Origin: Candidatus Bathyarchaeota archaeon
GTDB lineage: Archaea > Thermoproteota > Bathyarchaeia > 40CM-2-53-6
Direction of reading: 5' to 3'
Length of the DNA stretch: 64,000 nucleotides
NCBI GenBank assembly: GCA_963833125.1
Contig: CAWHWX010000012.1
Coordinates: forward strand, 1-64,000
Part shown: in pieces, positions 21,003 to 30,629 of the stretch
Layout: every line of letters begins with the position of its first letter
Numbering within the stretch: position 1 is the first letter of the stretch
Notes under the pieces: generated by a model
Databases searched by the model: none
Told to the model about the DNA's origin: nothing
The model's input: only the letters and a program-made list of their open reading frames with translations
Position numbers and translations under genes: made by a program

Positions 21003-23296
21003 GCCGCCACATCTGAACCACTTACCGAGTAAACGACCCTATCATCTACACTCTTCCTCTTAGCATCAGGCCAGAGGCTGAAGGGAAGAAGACCATAGGA
21101 AGACCTTCCAATGTATGTTAACCTATCAGACCCACAATGCATGCATTTGGGCGTAATTTCAACATCAGTTCGCCCGCAATTATTGCATGAGGAGTAGTTT
21201 GAGGAATACGTGAGGAATTTGCAGCCGGCACCCTGCGCTCTTTCTGTGAGCTTCAAGAGCTCAGTCGGTCTGGACTCCGCCGAGATGCAAATTACGTTTA
21301 GGTGTCCTCCTGGCGTCGCTGCTTGAAACTTGGATTCGATCGTGATTCGATTCTCGAGGGAGACGTTCATTGTGAGAGGTAAAGTTGGTATGTCCGTGTA
21401 ATAGTCGTGGGCTCTTCCGCTACCCGGTACCATTACCGATCTTCCAAATTGTTGAATGTCCAATTCCGCCAGTCTCTCAACCGCCTCATCCGCAGGGCGT
21501 TGCGAAATTGTCAATCGCATTTCCCCTTCCTGAGAAGCCGTTTTCAAATGTTTTGATGTGTCTTGAAGCAACTTTAGTGCGAAATCTCCGGCAGTTTTGT
21601 CTAGCCTCGCTCCCGTGTGAGTCTCAACTGCCTCGCTCAGACCAACGAAAGCCAGATTGTACGAAGCGTTCTTTTCATAGAAATACGGCCCAGCCGCGCT
21701 GTTGCCCGAGAGGATCGGGAGCAATGGTTGCTTTAGCCTTTCGTTTATGAACCTCTTCTTAGCCTTGAACCCTTCAACCGTCAGAGCGACCGTTTCTCTT
21801 AGTAGCGCGAGGAATCTGTCGTCACTCTTCTTCGCTTCGTATGCTATTCGGGGGAGGTTGAGGAATATTGTGTCCATGCTGCCCGTTCTCATGCAGTCAG
21901 CGTCCCAGTGTCCCGTCCATTCGTCCCCCAACCTTAGCCCCGTAGCCGAGTAACTGCTCTTTTCTTCATCTCCAAGAAGTTCGAAGAAGGGGATGCTTCG
22001 TTGAGCTGCCAATTCATGTGCTCTTTCTAAGATCCTTCGCGCTCTATCACTGAGTAAGGCTTTGGGTCTCACTTTTACAAGAAGGTGGGGAGTGACTGGT
22101 GGTCTCGCAGACGAGATCCTTCTAAATGCTTCGATCGTCGCTTCCGCGATGAGGAGGGCTTCTTCGGAAAAGTCTCGGTATTTACCCGATGTCTTCCCGT
22201 TCGGGCCTATCGCCTCCTCTTGTGCAAGGAACTCGGGGATTGTCAGCTCTATTGCGATCGAGATACTCGCTTGAGGATTGCGGGGAGGCATCTCTCGGAG
22301 AATGGAAGTAAAAAAATAGTACAGCACTCGCGTGATATTTTCGTTTTTCATGCCATGTGCGAAGGGTGCAAGGAAGATGTTGAAGGAGTCAAACGTCTGT
22401 TCTCCCGAGGCTTCGGGGCCGCCTACGGCTATCACTTGATTAACCAAGCCAAGTGCCGCTTCAAGTGTGTCTGGAATCGGCGTACCGGACACTGAATGCT
22501 TTAGGAAGTATCTCAGGTCGTGGATGACTTCGTTGGGTGTAAGAATCCAACTTTCGAGGTTAGCGATATGGATTGCTCCTGAAAGGTGTGCGTCCGCTAA
22601 CTTGTGAGGTAGACAGTTTAGCAGAACATATTCTGAAAGAACAGATTTCGATGAGACGTGGTTGACGTAGTCTGCGTCTAGCCCTTTCTCCCCAGCGGTC
22701 TTGATGAGTTGAGCTACATCGTGAACCGGCATCCCGACCCTTGTAAGCTTGTGACGATACTCCTCGAGTTTCTTCTCGATGAGAATTGCGTTGACGAACT
22801 CGCGTATTAGCGGCGCAGTTAGGTATAGCGTCTTGAGCCTGACCAATCTGTCCTCTGCTTCCGCAGCAATTTCATCTGCCATCTCTTGCGGAACACCAGC
22901 CTCGACTACCAGGGATCGTGCAATTTTGTTGCGGTGAAATTCTTCTATTGCAAGTTTGGATGTTCTGACGTACAATTTGCCGCGCTTTACGTTAACATAC
23001 TCATCCAAGTCCCTCGCAAACGAGACGATCATCGAACCTAATTCTGTGATTCCGTACCGCTTCGTCTTCTTCTCAAGCATCACCAGCCCCGTATCGGTTA
23101 GGCTCCTCAGGTGATAGACGAATTTTCCTGCATCTCGAACTGGGTCTAGTTTTAGCTGGAACATTAATTCCGTATATTGAAGTGGGCCCTTCGTGGAGAG
23201 CAGTCGTAAAATTTGTAGTCTAACCGGAGCTGATGCCGCGTCGAAGATTCCAGCACCGACCCTCTCCGATGACCGAAGCAATCCTCTTACCGCCAA
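20999..23296 (-). CDS. ArsR-like wHTH + ATP-cone + NrdD-like (class III RNR fold) fusion with degenerate catalytic residues
   Basis: wHTH (RLQILRLL...YHLRSL), ATP-cone (VRTSKLAIEEFHRNKIARSL...LTAPLIREFV), NrdD motifs (AHLSGAIH, NLPRIAY, GGHL, CNNC/CMHC). Confidence 0.85.
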   Translation of the reverse strand: MAVRGLLRSSERVGAGIFDAASAPVRLQILRLLSTKGPLQYTELMFQLKLDPVRDAGKFVYHLRSLTDTGLVMLEKKTKRYGITELGSMIVSFARDLDEYVNVKRGKLYVRTSKLAIEEFHRNKIARSLVVEAGVPQEMADEIAAEAEDRLVRLKTLYLTAPLIREFVNAILIEKKLEEYRHKLTRVGMPVHDVAQLIKTAGEKGLDADYVNHVSSKSVLSEYVLLNCLPHKLADAHLSGAIHIANLESWILTPNEVIHDLRYFLKHSVSGTPIPDTLEAALGLVNQVIAVGGPEASGEQTFDSFNIFLAPFAHGMKNENITRVLYYFFTSILREMPPRNPQASISIAIELTIPEFLAQEEAIGPNGKTSGKYRDFSEEALLIAEATIEAFRRISSARPPVTPHLLVKVRPKALLSDRARRILERAHELAAQRSIPFFELLGDEEKSSYSATGLRLGDEWTGHWDADCMRTGSMDTIFLNLPRIAYEAKKSDDRFLALLRETVALTVEGFKAKKRFINERLKQPLLPILSGNSAAGPYFYEKNASYNLAFVGLSEAVETHTGARLDKTAGDFALKLLQDTSKHLKTASQEGEMRLTISQRPADEAVERLAELDIQQFGRSVMVPGSGRAHDYYTDIPTLPLTMNVSLENRITIESKFQAATPGGHLNVICISAESRPTELLKLTERAQGAGCKFLTYSSNYSSCNNCGRTDVEITPKCMHCGSDRLTYIGRSSYGLLPFSLWPDAKRKSVDDRVVYSVSGSDVAA

Positions 23297-23429
23297 GAAA
23301 GCAACTAGGATACACTACCATATTCTTATGTTTAAAAAACTGTAGTTGGAAACATTCCGTACCTGTTCTGGTGAGTTGGTAATCTTTATTTTCTATTCAT
23401 ACCATGAAGACGTCGCAATCAACTGAGCT

Positions 23430-23954
23430 GTGATGATCTTGAACCATCTGCGTATGGGAAAAGACGATTACGATGCGTTGGGGAAACTGGAAGAGGCTTT
23501 CGAAAGGAAAGATCTTCAATTCTTCAAGTCGTTTCTCGAACGATCGAAGGATTACCCTCTTCTCCTCCGAGTACATTCAGTCTGCATGCTCGAACACATT
23601 GGAGACGAGAGCATGATCGGTCCTCTGTGTAAGGTCCTGAGGGAAGATGAAAGCCCGCTGACCAGGCATGAGGCTGCTTTCACGATGGGCCAACTGGGTT
23701 ATCGTTCTGCGGTACCCGCTTTGGTAGATGCGATGTTTCATGATAAGAGCCCGATTGTTAGGCATGAGTCAGCTGTGGCCTTGAGTTCGATCGGGGACGA
23801 TGAAGTTGTCCCGGAGTTGAAGAAGGCGATTGAGGATGAGGATGAAGATGTTCGCAACTCTGCTCTGATAGCATTCGAGTATTTGACATACTTGCAGAAA
23901 AAACGTAGCGTTGCCGCCGAGAGCATGGCGGTGAAGCCGAAGATTCGGCTGTGA
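23430..23954 (+). CDS. HEAT-repeat protein (PBS lyase/DOHH-like)
   Basis: RHEAAFTMGQ and RHESAVALSSIG repeats. Confidence 0.8.
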   Translation: MMILNHLRMGKDDYDALGKLEEAFERKDLQFFKSFLERSKDYPLLLRVHSVCMLEHIGDESMIGPLCKVLREDESPLTRHEAAFTMGQLGYRSAVPALVDAMFHDKSPIVRHESAVALSSIGDDEVVPELKKAIEDEDEDVRNSALIAFEYLTYLQKKRSVAAESMAVKPKIRL

Positions 23955-23990
23955 AGCATTTAACTTAGTGCTCGGTTCGTAGTGGGTTCA

Positions 23991-24165
23991 GGGGCGGTGG
24001 TCCAGACCGCGAGTCAACCCCTCGTGGGGACAACTTGGTCTAAGATAGCGACCATAACGATTCGCCTTAAAACCGGTCTCGGGACCACAACTGAACGGCG
24101 GGAACACCGGTGATCGAGGGTTCAAAATGACTGAAAAAGTCATGACATTCCCTCCCGCCCCACCA
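23991..24165 (+). tRNA. tRNA-Pro(CGG) with four BHB introns (15/16: 24006..24033; 25/26: 24047..24071; 37/38: 24084..24104; 59/60: 24127..24148)
   Basis: The spliced product GGGGCGG TG GTCC AGCTTGGTCTA AGAT A CCGGT CTCGGGC ACCGG TGATC GAGGG TTCAAAT CCCTC CCGCCCC A CCA is a normal cloverleaf. TATA-like TTTAAC lies ~30 nt upstream. Confidence 0.9.
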
Positions 24166-24253
24166 TTCGCTTGACGATTTGAAAAATTGAGGGAATGCAG
24201 AGTTTCTAAGACGGTCAAAAATTAGGGGTTTTCGATGGCGTCTCTTTCTGAGC

Positions 24254-25036
24254 TTAACGCGGAGGTGGAGGAGGAACTGGAACCCAGGTTATTGAAGGGG
24301 GTTGCTGGGGTTGCTGTCTTCGGCTGAAAACAACCAGAGCTACAGTTGTGATTATGACGGCTGCGAGGATTGCTGCAATTGCAACGTACCCAAGTAGGTT
24401 CGAGTTATTCTGGTGCAGAGCCTGGTATTGCGATTGGTTTCTGTACAGGTGCTGCTGTGAGGGTTGCTGATATGGAGGAGTCTGGTATGGGTTGGAGTTC
24501 TGGTACGGATACTGTGTTGGGTATTGGCTGGGGTATTGGTTTGGATATTGGTATGGGTATTGAGTTACTGTGGTAGTGGAGACTAGCTGGTTTCCTGACA
24601 CGGCTTGAAATGTTTCGCTGGTTGAGGTTATTAGGCTCCCGTATTGGCTGGCGTAGATCGAAGCGGAGATTGTGACTGTGTGGTCTTGCGTCGTTGGTGG
24701 AAGGTTGAATCCTAATTGCCCGCTGAACGTTGTACCGCCGTTTGAGGATTGTAGAACGGTGTTCACCGATCCTAAGCCGACGTTTGACGTTGCGTCGTAG
24801 GCGTTTCCTGTTACGTATAGTTGGTTGCCGTAAACTGTCGTGCAGGTTGCTGACATGGGCACTACGATTGGAACGTTAGAGTAAGAGTACACTGCGGGCA
24901 TGACGGGGTAGCTCAGTTGGGCCATACAGGCATCAGCCCAGACAGCGTTGGTGTTCGCTCCGACTGCGATGATTGCTATGATTAAGACAATGGCGATCAT
25001 GGCATAGTTACGCGTTTTCGCGGATGTTTGAACCAA
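24254..25036 (-). CDS. secreted membrane-anchored protein with QYP repeats
   Basis: Signal peptide, QYPYQYPNQYPSQYPTQYP tract, C-terminal TM and Pro-rich tail. Confidence 0.75.
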   Translation of the reverse strand: MVQTSAKTRNYAMIAIVLIIAIIAVGANTNAVWADACMAQLSYPVMPAVYSYSNVPIVVPMSATCTTVYGNQLYVTGNAYDATSNVGLGSVNTVLQSSNGGTTFSGQLGFNLPPTTQDHTVTISASIYASQYGSLITSTSETFQAVSGNQLVSTTTVTQYPYQYPNQYPSQYPTQYPYQNSNPYQTPPYQQPSQQHLYRNQSQYQALHQNNSNLLGYVAIAAILAAVIITTVALVVFSRRQQPQQPPSITWVPVPPPPPR

Positions 25037-25187
25037 TTTTTATCATCGACTAACTACAATATGTAGTTGCCTATAATCGGAATGGACGAATCATTCACAC
25101 ACTCGCGTTACAAACTACGTGTACTACAATTCAAATCTACGCGTACTACACGACGAGACGATTCTGTCAGAAATTCATCTAAAATAA

Positions 25188-26171
25188 TCAACCTTCAAGC
25201 TGTGGCCGCAGGAGCGATCGAAGATCGATATCTTCAGCATTCGGGTTTAGCGTCCGATCCAAGACCACTATTCGGTTCCGGTCGTATTTACCATTCGCGA
25301 GCTTCTTGAGAATTATTGACTCGGCTTTGCCTCGGCCAATATAGGTGCCGGCAGAGTAATGCAGACTGAAACCGATCAAGACTAAGAGAGCATAATGGTA
25401 GGAAGTAGGTGCTCCTGCCCAGAGAACCTTGTAAAAAACCCCAAACAGGCTCACCAGTATGCTGAGGCCAACAACCGAACCGAATACGGCTGTGAGAACG
25501 GTTGAGTGGAATGGGCCTGAATTGATGCCGACAATCTTGAAGCGCCTAAAGTATGGTAGGGCGATGGATGGGACGAAGCCTGAGATCAGGGTGATCATGA
25601 TCAACCCTGGTGTCAGCCGGAGTGAAAATAGTACTGCGTTCGCACGCTGGGGGGTGGCGAGGAAGTTCAATGAGCGCACTATCATCCCTAGGGTACCGGG
25701 TCTTACGGTTGTGACTGTGGTGGTTGTGGTTCTTGCTGGAATAATGCTGTAGATGTCCCATCCTATTGCAATCGACGTGAAGAACAATACTAGTGGAAGG
25801 TAGACTAGGTGAGATTTCTCGATGAGGACTTTTCTGAGTTTCAATGATTGTTCCTCTTTAGGATCGATCAATTGCCTCGTCTTAGTGAGCTTCGAAAACA
25901 ATCCGGCTATACTCAATGAGCATATGCCGCCAAGGAGTACGATTGACCCATAACCTAGGCCTATGACCAGAAGCCCTGCTACTGAGGTCAGGATTGCGAT
26001 TTCAACCTGATCTAGATGAACATGAGTGAGTTGAGGGATTGAGAATATTGAAACCGCAGCCACAATATACGCGGCGAACCCTAAGGCCAACGGTGCGGCC
26101 GCATCGACGATGGCTCCACGTTCGGTAAGTTTCCTCTTTCCATCAGGAATCTTGACCATTCTAAATCCCAT
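25188..26171 (-). CDS. hypothetical multi-pass membrane protein
   Basis: 327 aa with several TM helices. Confidence 0.7.
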   Translation of the reverse strand: MGFRMVKIPDGKRKLTERGAIVDAAAPLALGFAAYIVAAVSIFSIPQLTHVHLDQVEIAILTSVAGLLVIGLGYGSIVLLGGICSLSIAGLFSKLTKTRQLIDPKEEQSLKLRKVLIEKSHLVYLPLVLFFTSIAIGWDIYSIIPARTTTTTVTTVRPGTLGMIVRSLNFLATPQRANAVLFSLRLTPGLIMITLISGFVPSIALPYFRRFKIVGINSGPFHSTVLTAVFGSVVGLSILVSLFGVFYKVLWAGAPTSYHYALLVLIGFSLHYSAGTYIGRGKAESIILKKLANGKYDRNRIVVLDRTLNPNAEDIDLRSLLRPQLEG

Positions 26172-26290
26172 ACAGTTGCTGAGAAACTGAGGCTAAATTA
26201 GAAGCAGGACTATTTACGTGCATACTCCGTGAGGAAGATTTTGGGCAAAGGAGACTATTTTTCCGGCTTGTGGCTCAAGCAGAACCCGTA

Positions 26291-26313
26291 AATACTTAGT
26301 AATTCAAACTATT
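26291..26313. promoter_or_regulatory. putative MarR operator
   Basis: Imperfect inverted repeat AATACTTAG-TAATT-CAAACTATT immediately upstream of the MarR gene. Confidence 0.35.
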
Positions 26314-26317
26314 AGAA

Positions 26318-26782
26318 ATGCGAAGTAATATGCAACGATTGGAGACAGCACGTGAGGAATGTGCTAGGGAGGTACTTGATGGTGTCCCTGTGGCTATGCG
26401 CACCATCAGAGCCCAGCTCAGGAGACATAGCGACTCCTCACTATCGGTACCCCAGTTCCGAACGCTTCTATTCATCAACCGTCACAAGGGAACATCGATT
26501 TCCGAAGCCGCCGATCACATAGGATTAACCCTACCCTCCATGTCAACCCTCATTGACGGGCTTGTAACGCGCAACTACGTATTGCGCAGGGCCCATGAGG
26601 ATGATCGAAGGCGCATGACTCTAACACTCACCGAGCGTGGAGATACTGCGTTGCGTTCGGCCCGGGCAGGGGCCCAGGCATACCTGACTGAACGGCTTAA
26701 GCCATTACCTGAGGCACAACGGGTTACGGTTGTGAAAGCCATGCGGATTCTCAAGCAAGTATTCTCAGAGGAGGTTGAGTGA
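26318..26782 (+). CDS. MarR family transcriptional regulator
   Basis: LSVPQFRTL...DDRRRMTLTLTERG. Confidence 0.92.
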   Translation: MRSNMQRLETAREECAREVLDGVPVAMRTIRAQLRRHSDSSLSVPQFRTLLFINRHKGTSISEAADHIGLTLPSMSTLIDGLVTRNYVLRRAHEDDRRRMTLTLTERGDTALRSARAGAQAYLTERLKPLPEAQRVTVVKAMRILKQVFSEEVE

Positions 26783-27624
26783 TGTCGAGAGTTCAAACAG
26801 ATCTCGTCAATGAGCCTAAGGTGGAAGCAAAGTCAATCCTTGAAACCAAGTCATTGACAAAGCGGTTCGGATCGCTCGTTGCGGTCGATCAAGTGAGTAT
26901 CTCAATCTCACCCGGCGAGATGTTCGGTCTTGTGGGACCCAACGGGGCCGGTAAGACAACTGTGATCAAAATGCTGACCACCCTCCTGACCCCCACGCTC
27001 GGAAACGCGTGGGTTGCGGGCTATGATGTGGTTCATCATTCAGCTCAGGTTAGGCGAGTTATAGGATATGTCCCGCAATTGCTTTCCGCGGACGGCTCCC
27101 TTACAGCCTATGAGAATCTGCTGATCTTCGCAAAGCTATACCATATCCCTCGCGGAGAACGCGAGAAACGAATTCATGACGCATTGTCATTCATGGGACT
27201 CGCCGAAGTATCCGACAAAATGGTTCGGGAGTATTCTGGAGGAATGATCCGCCGCTTAGAAATCGCTGAATCCATGCTACACAGACCAAGAGTGCTCTTC
27301 CTTGACGAGCCAACCGTCGGGCTTGACCCCGTTGCGAGGAAAGCTGTCTGGGACCATATTCAACGCCTTCGTACGGACTTCGGAACTACAATTCTGCTCA
27401 CAACTCATTACATGGATGAGGCGGACGAACTGTGTGACAGGGTGGCGATTATGCATCTGGGAAGAATCGCAGCGATCGGGACACCAACTGAGCTCAAGGC
27501 GACAGTTGGTGAGGGGGCGACGCTGGATGATGTTTTCGTACATTACTCAGGGTACGAAGTGGATACCGTAGGGAACTTCCGCGAAGTCTCGAGAACAAGG
27601 AGAGTGGCAAGTAGACTTGCATAG
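26779..27624 (+). CDS. ABC multidrug efflux ATP-binding protein (DrrA-like)
   Basis: GPNGAGKT, YSGGMIRR, LDEPTVGLD. Confidence 0.92.
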   Translation: MMSRVQTDLVNEPKVEAKSILETKSLTKRFGSLVAVDQVSISISPGEMFGLVGPNGAGKTTVIKMLTTLLTPTLGNAWVAGYDVVHHSAQVRRVIGYVPQLLSADGSLTAYENLLIFAKLYHIPRGEREKRIHDALSFMGLAEVSDKMVREYSGGMIRRLEIAESMLHRPRVLFLDEPTVGLDPVARKAVWDHIQRLRTDFGTTILLTTHYMDEADELCDRVAIMHLGRIAAIGTPTELKATVGEGATLDDVFVHYSGYEVDTVGNFREVSRTRRVASRLA

Positions 27625-28429
27625 GCTCCCCACACTAGGAATCGGAAATGCGATCACAGCGGCGTTCAACTTCACGACTGACACGTTCACAATAGCCGAG
27701 CTTGAAGCGCGCAAACTTCATCACGACTTCACAGAACTCATCACGCGTGCAGTCCAACCAGCACTCTGGCTCCTGATCTTCGGGGAAGTGCTCGCTCAAC
27801 TCAGAGCTATTCCCACTGGGCAAATCTCGTACCTGGACTTCATAACCCCCGGCATCTTAGCCCAAAGCGTTCTCTTCATCGCCATCTTCTATGGCATAGC
27901 CATCATCTGGGAACGTGATCTAGGAATTCTACAAAAGATGTTGGCGAGTCCGGCACCGCGCACTGCGTTAGTGTTCGGAAAGGCTCTTTCGGCTAGTGAG
28001 CGAGGACTATCGCAGGCTCTAATTATCTACGTGTTGGCGGTGCTGATAGGCGTCCACATCAACTGGTCTGTAGTCTCTGTGCTGGGCGTGTTGTTAGTGG
28101 TGATTCTAGGTTCCGCCCTGTTCTCTACGTTCTCTTTGATCATCGCGTGCCTAGTCCGTACTCGGGAGCGTTTCATGGGGGTAGGCCAACTTCTCACTAT
28201 GCCGCTCTTCTTTGCCAGTAACGCAATTTACCCGATCTCGATTATGCCAGGTTGGTTGCAGGCTGTTTCGCGGGGCAATCCCTTAACGTATGAAGTTGAC
28301 GGACTGCGTTCCCTCATGGTGATTGGGGGCGTTAGCGTCTACGGAACTCTAGTAGATATAACAGCGCTAATTGTGTCGACGGTGATTTTGGTCATTATCG
28401 CTGCAAGACTTTACCCGAGGGTTATCTAA
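27617..28429 (+). CDS. ABC-2 type permease (DrrB-like)
   Basis: YLDFITPG, FASNAIYP, NPLTY. Confidence 0.9.
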   Translation: MHRLPTLGIGNAITAAFNFTTDTFTIAELEARKLHHDFTELITRAVQPALWLLIFGEVLAQLRAIPTGQISYLDFITPGILAQSVLFIAIFYGIAIIWERDLGILQKMLASPAPRTALVFGKALSASERGLSQALIIYVLAVLIGVHINWSVVSVLGVLLVVILGSALFSTFSLIIACLVRTRERFMGVGQLLTMPLFFASNAIYPISIMPGWLQAVSRGNPLTYEVDGLRSLMVIGGVSVYGTLVDITALIVSTVILVIIAARLYPRVI

Positions 28430-28580
28430 CTCAACGGCGCCCAAATGAGTTAAGAAATCGTAGCAGATCAATTGAGGTAATGATACGTAAGTCCAGCCAC
28501 GCGCTTGCTGTTCTGAAGGTTCGACTTATTAGTGACAAATTTGCAGACGGAGTCCATCAATCAAAATTGAGGGCTGTTCA

Positions 28581-29009
28581 TTGAGATTAACTGCGCTCAT
28601 AGCCATACTAGTCGGGGTTGTTGGTGCAGCGTGGAGTTGGAAACTGCTCCAATGGTACATTTCCGCGAACACTGTGCTTTACTGCGTTCTGGGTACCCAA
28701 TGCGCGTCGGTCTTTGCCTCTGCCTCTTCATACTTCTATGGTACCCCCATTCACCTGCTCGCGGTCGGATGGTTCAGTCTATTGGCCATAATTGCCGGGG
28801 TTAGGGCATATGGAGTACGAGGCGCCTCACGAATTGGGTTAGTAATTGCAGCTCTATGTATCCCAACGATTCTTTATTTGGACTACATAATGATTGCAGT
28901 AATACATGCCATTTGCTCCGACTGCGAACTAGCCCACATCCTCGGCCTAATCCTATTCGCACTATTCATAATCATGTACCGATCCGACACGAAAGGTGAC
29001 GCAGTTTGA
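28581..29009 (+). CDS. vitamin K epoxide reductase (VKOR) family protein
   Basis: Loop Cys pair (YC...CASVFAS), GTP, ICSDC redox motif. Confidence 0.8.
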   Translation: MRLTALIAILVGVVGAAWSWKLLQWYISANTVLYCVLGTQCASVFASASSYFYGTPIHLLAVGWFSLLAIIAGVRAYGVRGASRIGLVIAALCIPTILYLDYIMIAVIHAICSDCELAHILGLILFALFIIMYRSDTKGDAV

Positions 29010-29063
29010 GCGAAAGCTTAAGCGTTAGCCACCAATGCATCGTAATCGTAAGGTGAAGCCCAG

Positions 29064-29720
29064 ATGGCGTCCAAAAACAACAAGACCAAAGACGGAAAAG
29101 AAATCGTGGCCAAGAAAGGACACGGGCTGAGCAAGGCAGAGAAGATTGCGATTCCCATCATACTGATAATTGCGGTTTGGGCGGTATACTCAGCTCTAAC
29201 CCCTGGTCCTGCCGGAAATTCGAGTAGTCTTTCGAATTCGGTGACAACCTCAGTTTCGCAGTCCGGTCTGGCGCCCGATTTCACCTTGCCCGTAGTTGGC
29301 TCCAGCGGTCTTACGGGTCAAACGGTGGCGCTGTCATCATTTCGCGGAAAGGTTGTGTTGTTGGAGTTCATGGAACCATGGTGTATACACTGCCAGCACA
29401 TGGCCCCAATCTTAGGTAGTCTGTACGCGCAGTATGGTAAAGGAAACGTGGTATTCCTGTCTGTAGCTGGGCCTTGGAATGGGGCAACTGCTAACGACGC
29501 GGCTGCCTTCATTGCACCGGGGGGAGTTGGGTATGGGTATGGTGGGACTAGTTGGATCTATGTTTACGATTCTTCAGGGACGATATTCAGCGAGTACGGC
29601 GTTAATTCGACCCCTACCTTCTATATCATCAATACCGATGGAACCGTCTCAACCCAGCTCACAGGTGAACAAACAGCCGACGCGTTGTCAGGCGCTTTGT
29701 CAGCAGCAGGCGGAACTTAA
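29064..29720 (+). CDS. TlpA-like thioredoxin/disulfide oxidoreductase
   Basis: N-terminal TM, APDFTL, WCIHC, YGVNSTPT. Confidence 0.9.
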   Translation: MASKNNKTKDGKEIVAKKGHGLSKAEKIAIPIILIIAVWAVYSALTPGPAGNSSSLSNSVTTSVSQSGLAPDFTLPVVGSSGLTGQTVALSSFRGKVVLLEFMEPWCIHCQHMAPILGSLYAQYGKGNVVFLSVAGPWNGATANDAAAFIAPGGVGYGYGGTSWIYVYDSSGTIFSEYGVNSTPTFYIINTDGTVSTQLTGEQTADALSGALSAAGGT

Positions 29721-29819
29721 ACCACTCTAGACCGTACGATGCTGCGTCTCTCAAAATTAGAAAGAGAGGGGCCCATGCAGTTAGAACAATTGTAAGAAAA
29801 ACTATCCAAAATCGTTCAG

Positions 29820-30567
29820 TCAGCTCTCATATCCTGCATGCATGAACGTATGTGGTGCACCGAATGAGGGAATGAAGACATCCTCCAACGTTACCTTGGA
29901 GAGAATCTTCTTGCACGACCTATACGCGATATCTGTCAGTCGCCGGTTTTTGGCGAGTGCGACTGATGACCCAAGATATTGGCTACAGCGTCCTTTGCAC
30001 TTATCCTTGATATCGAGATAGACCTGATTTAACGTAGTCGAGTCTTTACTCATCCCAAATGGTGTTTCTGTAAGATCGATAATTGCGGCATCGAACTCTT
30101 CTTTTGTTGAATGGAGGTAGCTAAATGCGTCGGCGATCACGACTCTGACTCGTGGGTCTTTGAAGGCCCGATTCGCTCCCTTGATGTGCTTTCGGCAGGC
30201 TTCAACGAGTAATTCGTCGATTTCAACGAGCGTGACGTGTGCAATTGTAGGAGACTTGAGCAGTTGTAATAGCGTCTGTCCGCTGCCTCCTCCGAGGACG
30301 ATGATTCGAACAGCTCCATTCCTCTTCGCAGTACTGCAGAGGGCCTGGTTGAATGATTCGCGCGTCATATTCTGTATGTTGTAGGTTGTGATCGAGAAAC
30401 AGCATTCTGCCATAAGCGTCGTTATCGATGATGTCTATCTTCTGAAATTTCGACCGGCCCGAGAAACAGAACTTTTTGGCGTGATATGCCAGATGTAATC
30501 CGCGGTAAGGCTCATAGACGATGTATTTGGATTTCTCAAAACACACCCTACGACCGGTGTTCGACAT
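29820..30567 (-). CDS. speE: spermidine synthase/polyamine aminopropyltransferase (frameshift near 30360)
   Basis: SKFQKIDI...YGRMLFLD joins LGGGSG...LVEIDE...DAAIIDLT. Confidence 0.8.
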
Positions 30568-30629
30568 AGCCTATCAGCGATAGGCCAGCGGAATAATCTA
30601 TATTAGATGTCCGTCGCAGCTCCGAGCCA

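Noticed and set aside
23297-23429. NrdR-box-like operator upstream of the NrdD-like gene
   Set aside because: ACACTACCATATT matches only half of the consensus, and there is no convincing palindrome.
23988-24218. 76-aa minus-strand ORF, or an SRP-like RNA
   Set aside because: The region is explained by the four-intron tRNA-Pro. ORF 31386..31601 likewise overlaps tRNA-iMet, and no SRP helix-8 motif was found.
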